From contig NZ_CANMFI010000002.1 of NCBI RefSeq assembly GCF_947497125.1, positions 162,748-226,747 on the forward strand: 64,000 nt of DNA, read 5' to 3'. This stretch comes from an uncultured Polaribacter sp. GTDB taxonomy: Bacteria; Bacteroidota; Bacteroidia; Flavobacteriales; Flavobacteriaceae. Shown here piece by piece: positions 47,670 to 57,129 of the stretch (its first letter is position 1; each line of letters starts with the position of its first letter). The notes beneath the pieces are model-generated. The model did no database searches and was not told the DNA's origin. It saw only the letters and a program-made list of their open reading frames with translations. Made by a program: the position numbers and the translations under genes.

Positions 47670-48397
47670 CCTCTTGCCAATTTTAAAAACACATCATTCA
47701 TATTTTCAACATTAAAGTGTTCTTTTAATTTTTTTGGCGTGTTTAATGCTTCAATTTTTCCATTAACCATAATAGAAACCCGATCACAATATTCTGCTTC
47801 ATCCATATAATGCGTGGTTACAAAAACGGTTGTTCCTTTGCTTGCTGCTTTATAGATAAGTTCCCAAAACTGACGTCTTGTAATCGGATCAACACCACCT
47901 GTTGGTTCATCTAAAAAAACAATTTTCGGATTGTGAATTAGTGCTACAGAAAAAGATAATTTTTGTTTCCAGCCCAAAGGCAAAGAACCTACCAAAGAAT
48001 TAGTCACTTTTTGCAACTCTAAATCTTCAATTAAAGAAGTCGTTTTTTCTTTGATTATTTTTTTTGACAAACCATAAATTCCTCCAAAAAAAGTAATGTT
48101 TTCTTTTACAGTTAAATCGTCGTATAAAGCAAATTTCTGACTCATATAACCAATATTATTTTTAATTTCTTCTGCTTGTGTAAAAACATCAAAACCTGCA
48201 ACTAATGCTTTGCCTTCATTTGGTTTAGAAATACCTATCAACATTTTTATTGCAGTAGTTTTACCTGCACCATTTGCTCCTAAAAAACCAAATATCTCAC
48301 CTTTTTCAACTTCAAAAGAAATTTTATTAACGGCAACAAAATCTCCAAACAATTTGGTTAATCCTTCTACTTGTATAACTTTGGTATTGTTCATCAT
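47666..48397 (-). CDS. ABC transporter ATP-binding protein (NBD 2)
   Basis: Walker A GANGAGKTT, signature LPLGWKQKL, Walker B IVFLDEPTGGVD. Confidence 0.9.
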   Translation of the reverse strand: MMNNTKVIQVEGLTKLFGDFVAVNKISFEVEKGEIFGFLGANGAGKTTAIKMLIGISKPNEGKALVAGFDVFTQAEEIKNNIGYMSQKFALYDDLTVKENITFFGGIYGLSKKIIKEKTTSLIEDLELQKVTNSLVGSLPLGWKQKLSFSVALIHNPKIVFLDEPTGGVDPITRRQFWELIYKAASKGTTVFVTTHYMDEAEYCDRVSIMVNGKIEALNTPKKLKEHFNVENMNDVFLKLARG

Positions 48398-49296
48398 TTT
48401 GCTAATTCCATAAAAGTATCTTCAATAGTAGCTATTGTTTTGTCAATTTTTAAATTAGATAAATCTTTAGACCTTAAATAGGTTTTCAATTCATTAGAAT
48501 TAAAATTTGTTCTAGTATCAGTGTAATGTACAAACTCGCCAAAAGGATACACACTATGGCTAAAAGGATATTCCTTTAAGTAATTTATAAGTTGATACAT
48601 ATTGTTAGCACTTACATTATAAATTTGTTTTGTATAATGTTTTACAATTGCCTTTGGCGTATCAACTTCTAAGATATTCCCATCTTGAATTAATGCAATT
48701 CTATCACACAGAGCAGCTTCATCCATATAAGGCGTAGAAACTAAAATAGTTATATTTTTATCTTGCAAACGTTTTAGCATTTCCCAAAATTCTTTTCTAG
48801 AAACAGGGTCAACACCAGTAGTGGGCTCATCTAAAAACAACACTTTGGGTTTGTGAATTAATGCACAGCACAAAGCTAACTTTTGTTTCATACCACCAGA
48901 TAACTTTCCTGCCCTTCTATCTTTAAATGGCGCTATTTGAATATAGATTTCTTTTATTAAATCATAATTCTCTTCAATTGTTGTTCCAAAAATAGTGGCA
49001 AAAAACATCAAATTTTCTTCAACTGTTAAATCTTGGTATAAAGAAAATTTACCAGGCATATACCCTACACATTTTCTAATATTTTTATAATCTGTAACAA
49101 CATCAAAACCTGCAACTTTTACAACACCTTCATTGGCTACTAAAAGTGTTGTTAAAATTCTAAACAATGTTGTTTTTCCTGCTCCATCAGGTCCTATTAA
49201 TCCAAAAAGTTCACCAGGTTTTACATCAAAAGAAATATTTTTTAAAGCATTTACTTTATTGTAAGATTTTGATACGTTAACAATTGATATACTCAT
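48394..49296 (-). CDS. ABC transporter ATP-binding protein (NBD 1)
   Basis: Walker A GPDGAGKTT, signature LSGGMKQKL, Walker B VLFLDEPTTGVD, with an extra C-terminal domain of ~70 aa. Confidence 0.9.
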   Translation of the reverse strand: MSISIVNVSKSYNKVNALKNISFDVKPGELFGLIGPDGAGKTTLFRILTTLLVANEGVVKVAGFDVVTDYKNIRKCVGYMPGKFSLYQDLTVEENLMFFATIFGTTIEENYDLIKEIYIQIAPFKDRRAGKLSGGMKQKLALCCALIHKPKVLFLDEPTTGVDPVSRKEFWEMLKRLQDKNITILVSTPYMDEAALCDRIALIQDGNILEVDTPKAIVKHYTKQIYNVSANNMYQLINYLKEYPFSHSVYPFGEFVHYTDTRTNFNSNELKTYLRSKDLSNLKIDKTIATIEDTFMELAK

Positions 49297-49733
49297 TATT
49301 CAAAATAATCTTCATATTTATTAATATGATCCTTAATACTTTCTTTTATTTTTAATGCTTCTTTTATTGTTTTCACTTCAGATAATATATTTATTTTTGC
49401 CAATAATGGTAAGAGCCAAATATGTAAATTATCATGAGAATCACCTTTCATTGTGCAGTTTTTAATCACATAATTCTTATCATTATTAAGTTTTTGTGCT
49501 AATTGATGATATTCAGATAGGGTATTCGTTTTTTGTTCTTTAATACTATTTTTCATTTTCTGCACGCCTTCATTCGTTTCTGAATTGGCTTGCCACTTGG
49601 CATCTGTATCTAGTTTAATTTCTTTTACCCAAGTATTGGCATACAGGTTTTCTGTATCTATGTTTTCTTGTTTTTTACTTTCTTTGCAACTAACTAATGC
49701 AAATAGTATTAATGTAAAAATTATAGGTTTCAT
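49296..49733 (-). CDS. lipoprotein of unknown function embedded in the ABC exporter operon
   Basis: Start chosen at the ATG at 49733, which gives a signal peptide plus lipobox (MKPIIFTLILFALVSCK). The mature part is about 125 aa, helical, with GDSHDNLHIWLLPL. The stop overlaps the ATPase start (TAATG). Confidence 0.6.
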   Translation of the reverse strand: MKPIIFTLILFALVSCKESKKQENIDTENLYANTWVKEIKLDTDAKWQANSETNEGVQKMKNSIKEQKTNTLSEYHQLAQKLNNDKNYVIKNCTMKGDSHDNLHIWLLPLLAKINILSEVKTIKEALKIKESIKDHINKYEDYFE

Positions 49734-49738
49734 CGTTT

Positions 49739-50623
49739 TTATTTTATTAACCACATTTCTGCTGGCATTCCAATTTTTAAGCTTCCATCATTTATAACAT
49801 TAACTTTGACAGCATAAACTAAAGCTACTCTTTCTTCTTTTGTTTGAATAATTTTAGGGGTAAATTCTGCTTCTTTAGAAACCCAACTAATAATACCATC
49901 AAAAGATTTCATTTCTTCATGTGCATCAATTTTAATGGTAACTTTTTTTCCAATTTTAATTTCCGGTAAGTAGGTTTCGCTTATAAAAACACGCAATTGC
50001 ATTGTACTTAAATCTGCAATTTTATAGAGTGGTTTTCCAAAAGCAGCAATTTCATTTGGCTCTATATATTTGGTCAAAACAGTTCCATTTAATGGATTTA
50101 TTATTTTACTTTTTTGTATTTTATCTTCAACCTGTTTTAATTGAACATCAATACTTTTTAACTCGTTTACAACAGGTAAATTTTGTAATTCTACACTTTT
50201 AACTTGATTAACAAGCACATCTATTACTCCAGAAATATCATCTAACTGTTTCTGTGTAGCTGCGTTGTCTCTAATTAAATTTTCTATTCTTTTTTTATTA
50301 ATTTCTGCAGTTTTTTGCCTCGATTTTAATACTGATATTTGAGATAAAACACCTTTAGATTTAGAACTTATTAACGATTTTGAAACTATTAATTGTTCAC
50401 GTTTTAAAGCCAATTGTATAGTATCTATAAAACCTACAAATTGATCTTTTTTTAATTGATCGCCTTCACTAACTGAAAACTGAACTAATTTACCACTACT
50501 TTCTGCCGAAATTGTTATTTCAGTAGCTTCAAAATTCCCATAGCCATCTGCTCTTCCGTTTTCGTTTTCACAAGAAAACAAGCTAATGATACTTAATCCT
50601 AATATGTATTTATAGTTTTTCAT
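49739..50623 (-). CDS. HlyD-family periplasmic adaptor (YbhG-like)
   Basis: 294 aa lipoprotein (LFSCEN) with barrel-sandwich and coiled-coil regions (IINPLNGTVLTKYIEPNEIA). Confidence 0.85.
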   Translation of the reverse strand: MKNYKYILGLSIISLFSCENENGRADGYGNFEATEITISAESSGKLVQFSVSEGDQLKKDQFVGFIDTIQLALKREQLIVSKSLISSKSKGVLSQISVLKSRQKTAEINKKRIENLIRDNAATQKQLDDISGVIDVLVNQVKSVELQNLPVVNELKSIDVQLKQVEDKIQKSKIINPLNGTVLTKYIEPNEIAAFGKPLYKIADLSTMQLRVFISETYLPEIKIGKKVTIKIDAHEEMKSFDGIISWVSKEAEFTPKIIQTKEERVALVYAVKVNVINDGSLKIGMPAEMWLIK

Positions 50624-50633
50624 TTTTTAATAT

Positions 50634-51884
50634 TTATTCTCCTTTTATTGTGTTGTAATTTGCTTTAGCTAATTGAGCTTGAATTTTATGTTGTAACAAC
50701 GTATTTTCTGCTTCAAATAATTTGGTGAATTCTGTAACATACTCAGAAGATGTTATGACACCGTTTTTAAGTTGTGCATCTAACGTTTTTAACACTTTTG
50801 TACGAAGGGTTATAATTTTTTTATCTGAATTTATAATTGCTACTATTTTTTCAATTTCTTTTTGCTGCTTGCTTAGTTCAATATTGGTATTTAGCTTAAA
50901 AATTTCAGTTTCATTTTCAATGAAATCCTTTTGCATCGCTATTGTTCTTTGTTGTTTTTTATTTATATTCCAATCAAAAACACCCCAATGAAATTTTACA
51001 CCAATTGTATAAAAAGTTTGAAAAGAATTGTCTAACATATTTAACCCAGGATTCCCATAACCACCGGTTAAAAAACCATTTAATTTTGGTGAATTAAATT
51101 TAGAAACTCGTGCTTCTTGATTCTTAATTTCTTCCTTTTTTAATTGAAACAACTCTAATTCTGGTCTGTTTATTTTGTTTTGAAATTGGGTTTCAATTAA
51201 TGGAATTTCAAATTGTACTGAACTATTTAAAGGTTGCCCAATAAGACTTGATAAGGTTTCAATTAAAGAAAACTTACTACTTTCTACTTCTATAAATTGT
51301 TGTTCAATTTTTAATAATTCAGCTTCCAACACATTATCTGAAGCAGGTAATAAAACCCCATTTTTTATACCTGATTTAACTTCTTTTAACTTTGTTTCTA
51401 ATTGATTTTTTTTTGCCATCAACAATTTAAAACGCTCATTTTTTAATAAAACAGAAAAATACAGTTGATTAATTTGACTTTTTAATTGATAAATAGAAGC
51501 ATCAAGTTGTTTTTGATTCGTTTTTAACTGGGCTTCTTTTATCTTTAAATTCGCAGCAGTTAAACCTCCATTAAAAATCAACTGATTTATAGAAAATGTT
51601 GCACGATATTGGTCATTATTTAAAGGTGTAATACCTGCCATTGCCAGAGGAAATTGAATAACATCAGATTGATAGGTTATTTGTGCATCTATACTGAACT
51701 GTGGCAGCTTTGTATTAGATATTATTGCTTTATCAATTTCATTTTGATTAACTAATAATTGCTGTTTTTTTACCAAAGGGTAATTAGTTTTTAGTAAATA
51801 ATAACAATCATTTAAAGTGATTTTTTCTTGTGAAGACAATGAAACACTAAATATGATTATTAAAATAAATGTTATTTTTTTCAT
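50634..51884 (-). CDS. TolC-family outer-membrane protein (ABC exporter operon)
   Basis: 416 aa with a signal peptide and two TolC-type repeats. Confidence 0.85.
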   Translation of the reverse strand: MKKITFILIIIFSVSLSSQEKITLNDCYYLLKTNYPLVKKQQLLVNQNEIDKAIISNTKLPQFSIDAQITYQSDVIQFPLAMAGITPLNNDQYRATFSINQLIFNGGLTAANLKIKEAQLKTNQKQLDASIYQLKSQINQLYFSVLLKNERFKLLMAKKNQLETKLKEVKSGIKNGVLLPASDNVLEAELLKIEQQFIEVESSKFSLIETLSSLIGQPLNSSVQFEIPLIETQFQNKINRPELELFQLKKEEIKNQEARVSKFNSPKLNGFLTGGYGNPGLNMLDNSFQTFYTIGVKFHWGVFDWNINKKQQRTIAMQKDFIENETEIFKLNTNIELSKQQKEIEKIVAIINSDKKIITLRTKVLKTLDAQLKNGVITSSEYVTEFTKLFEAENTLLQHKIQAQLAKANYNTIKGE

Positions 51885-51885
51885 C

Positions 51886-52497
51886 TTATAATTTTATAGA
51901 ATTAATGATAAAATTTGCAACGGCTGTTTTACGTTCTTCTATAATTGCTTTAAAAGCAACGTCATCTACTTCAATTAAACCCATAATTAAAGGTTTCGCT
52001 ATAAAAGGAAATACATTTAAAGACAAAATATTTATAAATAACTGCGTTGCATCAATTTGTTTTATAGATCCATTTTGCACTTCAAAATCAACTTGTTTTT
52101 TAAATTTTTCAATATTAGGAAACGCTTTATTTTCCTTCATTTTTAAAATAAACGCAGGATTTTTATTTAATTCTTGAATTACAAAATTTGGTAAATACGG
52201 ATGCTCTGTTATAAACGTAATATAATTGGATGAAAAGTTTCTGATCTTTTCTTCAATAGAAGAGTCGTCATTTAAAATAGTGTTTAATTGAGGAGCTAAT
52301 AATGAAAATGCATTTTTAAAAACAGCTTCAAAAAGCAATTGTTTATTCCGATAATAATAATGAAGCATTGCCTTATTAATGCCGGCTTTATCTGCAATTT
52401 CCTGCATACGAGCACCATCCATTCCTTTTGTTTGAAAAATGGACTTAGCCGCTTCTAAAATTAAACTTTCTGTAGTATCATTTTTTTTATTCTTCAT
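51886..52497 (-). CDS. TetR/AcrR-family transcriptional regulator
   Basis: N-terminal HTH (ILEAAKSIFQTKGMDGARMQEIADKAGINKAMLHYYYRNK). It is the first gene of the operon, 1 nt before TolC. Confidence 0.9.
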   Translation of the reverse strand: MKNKKNDTTESLILEAAKSIFQTKGMDGARMQEIADKAGINKAMLHYYYRNKQLLFEAVFKNAFSLLAPQLNTILNDDSSIEEKIRNFSSNYITFITEHPYLPNFVIQELNKNPAFILKMKENKAFPNIEKFKKQVDFEVQNGSIKQIDATQLFINILSLNVFPFIAKPLIMGLIEVDDVAFKAIIEERKTAVANFIINSIKL

Positions 52498-52514
52498 AAT
52501 TAACTTTACGGTTT

Positions 52515-52526
52515 AACCATATGGTT
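52515..52526. promoter_or_regulatory. 12-bp perfect palindrome upstream of the TetR gene (candidate TetR operator)
   Basis: AACCATATGGTT, located 18 nt upstream of the TetR ATG (52497). Confidence 0.4.
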
Positions 52527-52544
52527 GACAAATGTACAGAAAAT

Positions 52545-52568
52545 AATCAAACCCAAATGAATTTGATT
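52545..52568 (-). terminator. weak hairpin after cydB
   Basis: AATCAAA-N10-TTTGATT, a 7-bp stem about 15 nt after the cydB stop. The T-tract is poor on the minus strand. Confidence 0.25.
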
Positions 52569-52582
52569 ACTTTTTAATTTAT

Positions 52583-53629
52583 TTAATAACTAGTATCATC
52601 TAATTTAACTTTACCATGAAATGTTTTATATAAGAAAACAAAATACCCAGCCAATAAAGGAGCACCAATAGCCACAATTGTAAGCATAATACCCAATGAT
52701 TTTTGAGAAGATGCTGCGTTATATATAGTAACACTAAAAGACGAATCTACAGTAGAAGGCAGTAATACAGGATACAACTGAAACGCAACTAGCATTAATA
52801 AAAAAGCCATTGTTAATGAAGAAAATATCATTGCAAAACCATACTTTTTCTTAGAGATTAACCTTGGTATATTGGCTACTGACAAGAAAGAAAGCAAGGG
52901 TAAAATAAAAAATATGGGTGTTTCTTTAAATTTATCTGTAACACCAGGCACAAATATTAAAGTATACAATGAGGTTATTGAAAAACTAATTAGAAAAAAA
53001 ATCATTCCTTTTTTTAGTAAAAAAGTAAGTCTAGTATATAACCTGCCCTCTGTTTTAAGTAATAAGAAAATAGCACCTTGTGTCATAAAGATAGACAAAG
53101 TGGTAAATCCTACCATAATTGCATACGGACTTAAAAATGAAAAGAAAACACCGCCTTTGTAAGAGAAATTTTCATGCAACTCAAACCCTTCTAATACATT
53201 ACCCAAAACAACCCCTAGTAAAAAAGCGATTAATGTATTGGATATAAAATAAATAATATCCCACGTTTTACGCCACCAAAGCATTTTTTCTGAGCTTCTA
53301 AATTTGATAGCACTAGATCTTAAAACCAATAACATTAAAAACAACATAAAAGGGATGTACATTGCAGATAACATGGTTGCATACATTACAGGAAAACCAG
53401 CAAACAAAGCACCACCTCCAATAACCAACCAAACTTGGTTTGCGTCCCATAAAGGCCCAATTGCATTAATAGCAATCCTTCTGCTTAAGTCTTTCTTAAA
53501 AAACAAATGCCAAGCTCCTGCACCATAATCAAAACCCTCTAAAATTGCATAACCAGAAAATAATAATCCTACTACTAAATACCAAAGCGTTGGATAATCT
53601 ATACCCAAAAAAGTTTCTAATTCTTGCAT
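52583..53629 (-). CDS. cydB: cytochrome bd ubiquinol oxidase subunit II
   Basis: 348 aa with 8-9 TM helices. The N terminus LWYLVVGLLFSGYAILEGFDYGAG is typical of CydB. Confidence 0.9.
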   Translation of the reverse strand: MQELETFLGIDYPTLWYLVVGLLFSGYAILEGFDYGAGAWHLFFKKDLSRRIAINAIGPLWDANQVWLVIGGGALFAGFPVMYATMLSAMYIPFMLFLMLLVLRSSAIKFRSSEKMLWWRKTWDIIYFISNTLIAFLLGVVLGNVLEGFELHENFSYKGGVFFSFLSPYAIMVGFTTLSIFMTQGAIFLLLKTEGRLYTRLTFLLKKGMIFFLISFSITSLYTLIFVPGVTDKFKETPIFFILPLLSFLSVANIPRLISKKKYGFAMIFSSLTMAFLLMLVAFQLYPVLLPSTVDSSFSVTIYNAASSQKSLGIMLTIVAIGAPLLAGYFVFLYKTFHGKVKLDDTSY

Positions 53630-53630
53630 T

Positions 53631-54977
53631 TTAATTGATTTCTAAAGGGTTAATAGCTTCATTATAAGGTCCTGATTTTATCTTCTTATTCATAGAATAT
53701 AAGAATAAAAGCAATAGAAAACTGTAAACTACCATAAACAGAATTAAAGAAAAAAGAATCTGATTTGCAGAAACCTCTTGAGAAAAACCTTCGCTAGTTT
53801 TTAGATGCCCATACACAATCCATGGTTGTCTACCCATTTCTGCAGCAAACCAGCCTACTTGATTGGCAATTTGTGGCAATATTACAGAAAAAGCAAAAAT
53901 TTGAAGCAACCATCTTTTATCAAAAAGCTTACCTCGCCACCATAAATAAGATGCATACAATGTTAATGCAATTAAGAACATTCCTATAGAAATCATAATA
54001 TGATAAAATTGAAATACAGCATTTACTTGACTTGGCTGTTCATCTTTAGGAAACGCATTTAAACCTGTAATTGGGGCTTTAAAATCTTGATGAACTAAAA
54101 AAGACAATCCTCCTGGTATTCCTAAACCTGTTACTTTTTGAGTTTCATTATCTACCCATCCGAAGAGATATAAATCGGCCGGCGCAGATTTGTCATAATG
54201 CCCCTCTAATGCCGCTAATTTAGCTGGTTGATTTTTAGCAACACCATCTGCAGAACTATGCCCAGATAATAATTGAGAAAACGAAACAATTGTTGCAACT
54301 AATAGCGCAATTTTAAAACCTTTTTTAGAAATAGCTACATACCTACCTTTTAAAAGATAATAAGCATGAACGCTTAAAACTAAAAAAGCTCCTGCTAAAA
54401 AGGCTCCTTGCCAAACATGTATAATTCTGTCTACACTTGATGGATTAAACACCATTTGCCAAAAATCTGTAACTTCGGCTCTTGCATTAAACCCTTCGCC
54501 AACAATATGATAACCTGCTGGTGTTTGTTGCCAACTATTAGCTACCACTATCCAAACAGCAGAAAACATAGAGCCTAAGAAAACACCTATCGTAGAAATA
54601 AAATGAACCTTGGGTGAAACTCTATTCCAACCAAAAAGTAAAACGCCTAAAAACGTACTTTCTAACCCGAAAGCAAACAAGCCTTCTGCTGCTAAAGCAC
54701 TACCAAAAATATCACCAACATATCTAGAGTAAACGGCCCAATTGGTACCAAATTCAAACTCCATTATAATTCCTGTTGCAACTCCAATACCAAAAGTAAT
54801 GGCAAATATTTTTAACCAAAATCGAGTTAAAACTTCGTAGTGTTTATTGCCTGTTTTTAGATACAAACCTTCAGTTATTACCATTATTAAACCGATACCA
54901 ATACTTAAAGGAGGGTATATATAATGAAAGGCAATCGTAAAGGCAAATTGAATTCTTGCTAATATTTCAACATCCAT
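53631..54977 (-). CDS. cydA: cytochrome bd ubiquinol oxidase subunit I
   Basis: 448 aa: [31 protein letters not shown]. It has the short Q-loop form. Confidence 0.95.
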   Translation of the reverse strand: MDVEILARIQFAFTIAFHYIYPPLSIGIGLIMVITEGLYLKTGNKHYEVLTRFWLKIFAITFGIGVATGIIMEFEFGTNWAVYSRYVGDIFGSALAAEGLFAFGLESTFLGVLLFGWNRVSPKVHFISTIGVFLGSMFSAVWIVVANSWQQTPAGYHIVGEGFNARAEVTDFWQMVFNPSSVDRIIHVWQGAFLAGAFLVLSVHAYYLLKGRYVAISKKGFKIALLVATIVSFSQLLSGHSSADGVAKNQPAKLAALEGHYDKSAPADLYLFGWVDNETQKVTGLGIPGGLSFLVHQDFKAPITGLNAFPKDEQPSQVNAVFQFYHIMISIGMFLIALTLYASYLWWRGKLFDKRWLLQIFAFSVILPQIANQVGWFAAEMGRQPWIVYGHLKTSEGFSQEVSANQILFSLILFMVVYSFLLLLFLYSMNKKIKSGPYNEAINPLEIN

Positions 54978-55007
54978 AATGTTACTTTTTTGTTGGTTTA
55001 TTCTTAT

Positions 55008-55586
55008 TTATATTGACAGTTTCACAAACAGCTCCATACCTTGTCTGTTTGGGTAAGAGTTGTAACAAGGTTGCATTTGTATGCTTTTAAAAAAAGGAGT
55101 AAAATACGTTAAATACTCTTTTTGATTGCCACCAAAAGGTGGATGATCTTCGTTTAAAACTGCATCAAAAAGCAACCCAACTAGTTGCCCTTTTGGTGCT
55201 AAAAGCGTTTGCATTTTTTCTGCATAGTTTGGTCTTAATACTGGATCTAAAGCACAGAAAAAAGTTTGTTCAATAATTAAATCGAACGAACCTTTTAGCT
55301 CAAAAAAATCTCCATGAATTAATTGTGCGTCAGGAAAATTAGGCACTCTTTTTTTAATATTTTCTAAAGCACTTGTTGCCAGATCTACAACAAAAACATT
55401 CTTAAAACCTTTGTTAAAAAGATACTCGGCCTCGTAAGAGTTTCCGGCTCCCGGAATTAAAATGGTAAGTTCTTTATTTTCTAACTGATCAAAATAAGCT
55501 TTTAACGGTGGCGAAACTTCTCCCAAATCCCAACCTGTTTTTTTTTGTTGGTATTTATTTTCCCAAAAAGATGCATTAAAATTCAT
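55008..55586 (-). CDS. TPMT-family SAM-dependent methyltransferase (thiol/halide/chalcogen methyltransferase-like)
   Basis: 192 aa: FWENKYQQKKTGWDLGEVSPPL (the W...W signature of the thiopurine S-methyltransferase family), SAM motif I ILIPGAGNSYEAEYL, and DLIIEQTFFCAL. Confidence 0.7.
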   Translation of the reverse strand: MNFNASFWENKYQQKKTGWDLGEVSPPLKAYFDQLENKELTILIPGAGNSYEAEYLFNKGFKNVFVVDLATSALENIKKRVPNFPDAQLIHGDFFELKGSFDLIIEQTFFCALDPVLRPNYAEKMQTLLAPKGQLVGLLFDAVLNEDHPPFGGNQKEYLTYFTPFFKSIQMQPCYNSYPNRQGMELFVKLSI

Positions 55587-55587
55587 A

Positions 55588-55881
55588 CTAATGTGTATTT
55601 ATAATGTTTATAAGGCCTTCCTTTTGCACGACCCCAGACTGCCTCCAGACTTCGGTGCCATTTTTATATAAAATTAAAGTAGGTACACCTCTAACTTGAT
55701 ACTTTGCCGCTATCGATTGATTTTTATCAACATCTATTTTTACAATTACAACCTGGTCTTTTAGCGCATCTTTTACTTGTTTTAAAATGGGCGACATGGT
55801 TTTACAAGGACCACACCACTCTGCAAAAAAATCTACTAAAACAGGTTTGTCTTTATTTATAATTTCTAAAAATTTTGCCAT
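55588..55881 (-). CDS. trxA: thioredoxin
   Basis: 97 aa with the WCGPCK active site and RGVPTLILYK. Confidence 0.9.
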   Translation of the reverse strand: MAKFLEIINKDKPVLVDFFAEWCGPCKTMSPILKQVKDALKDQVVIVKIDVDKNQSIAAKYQVRGVPTLILYKNGTEVWRQSGVVQKEGLINIINTH

Positions 55882-55893
55882 AATTTTAAATAT

Positions 55894-56352
55894 CTAATTA
55901 CGTTTTTTTGTATGTTCTTCTTTTTCATGGGCATCAAACCATTCTGGTTTTTCTATGTCGTTATCAAACATATAGGCTGCTATTTGTGTGATTGTTTCTT
56001 TTGGAAAAGCTTGCTTTGGCATCAATCCAAAACGCTTAACAGCACCATACATTTTGGCATTTTCTTTGGTTGGATTTTCTATCCAGTTTTGTAATGATGC
56101 TGTAAATTGCTCTTTGGAAGTATTTGCATCTAAATAATGCTTTTTTACAGCAACCATAGGTGGTGCAATTCGATTCTCATGACTCGCAGAAGGGCTATGG
56201 CATACATAACAATTTGCAATCATTAACTTTTTACCTGGGTGTTGTTGAGTTGTAATTTTAGACGACACTTCTTTTTTAGCGTAAGAAGGTCTTTTTGTGT
56301 CTTGACAACTAAATAAAAAAACTGAGAGTGCAAATGCTAGAAATAATTTCAT
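55894..56352 (-). CDS. c-type cytochrome lipoprotein
   Basis: 152 aa with signal peptide plus lipobox (LFSCQD), a single haem motif CYVCHS and a downstream APPM (candidate Met ligand). Confidence 0.8.
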   Translation of the reverse strand: MKLFLAFALSVFLFSCQDTKRPSYAKKEVSSKITTQQHPGKKLMIANCYVCHSPSASHENRIAPPMVAVKKHYLDANTSKEQFTASLQNWIENPTKENAKMYGAVKRFGLMPKQAFPKETITQIAAYMFDNDIEKPEWFDAHEKEEHTKKRN

Positions 56353-56402
56353 CTTTTTTCTACAAAAATAAAAATTACTTATATAGAGTTCAGTAACCTT
56401 TG

Positions 56403-57035
56403 TTACAATGCTAATACTTTAATACTGTTTCTAAAAAGCTGAATTTTTTGTTCATTTTCTAACTTCTTTAGCAACCTAGAAATTACAACTCTAGAGGTGT
56501 GTAAATCTTCTGCAATTTGCTTGTGTGTTGTAGCTAACTCATCGTTACCATTCACCATTGCTTTGTCTTTTAAGTACTTAAAAATACGGTCTTCCATCTT
56601 TAAAAAGGCAATGGTATCTACCGCTTCTAAAAGCTCTTCTACTCTGTTATGGTAACTTTCTAAAATAAATGCTTGCCAACTTTTATAGCTACTTAACCAT
56701 TCGGTCATTTTTTCTTTCGGCAAAAGAATGAGTGAAACATCTGTTTCTGCTACCGCTCTAATTTTACTTTTTGTTTGCCCCATACAACAAGAAAGTGTCA
56801 TGGCACAAGTATCTCCTTTTTCTAAGTAATACAAAACCAATTCTTCGCCATTTTCATCTTCTCTAAGAATTTTAATAGCCCCAGAGAGTAGCAATGGCAT
56901 CGATTTAATAAAATCGCCTAATTCTATAATAGTATCTTCTGCCTTAAATTGTTTAAAAACGCCAATAGTCTCTATTTCTTTCAATAAAGCATCTTCAAAT
57001 AAATAGGCAAAATTATGGGAGAGTTCTGTATACAT
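56403..57035 (-). CDS. Crp/Fnr-family transcriptional regulator (no N-terminal FNR Cys cluster)
   Basis: 210 aa with a cNMP-binding-like beta-roll plus a C-terminal HTH (HKQIAEDLHTSRVVISRLLKKLE). Its only cysteines are C77, C83 and C84 (GDTCAMTLSCCMG). Confidence 0.85.
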   Translation of the reverse strand: MYTELSHNFAYLFEDALLKEIETIGVFKQFKAEDTIIELGDFIKSMPLLLSGAIKILREDENGEELVLYYLEKGDTCAMTLSCCMGQTKSKIRAVAETDVSLILLPKEKMTEWLSSYKSWQAFILESYHNRVEELLEAVDTIAFLKMEDRIFKYLKDKAMVNGNDELATTHKQIAEDLHTSRVVISRLLKKLENEQKIQLFRNSIKVLAL

Positions 57036-57129
57036 TCACTTAAAATTTACAATGTAAAAATAATGAAAATATACGATAAATAATCACACAAAAGAAAAAC
57101 GAATACTGCTTTAAATTTGGTGTAAAAAG

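Noticed and set aside
47666-49296. The two adjacent single-NBD ATPase genes as a frameshifted pseudogene of a fused YbhF-like double-NBD protein.
   Set aside because: Each ORF has complete Walker A, signature and Walker B motifs. They are joined by a clean ATGA stop/start overlap, consistent with a functional split arrangement.
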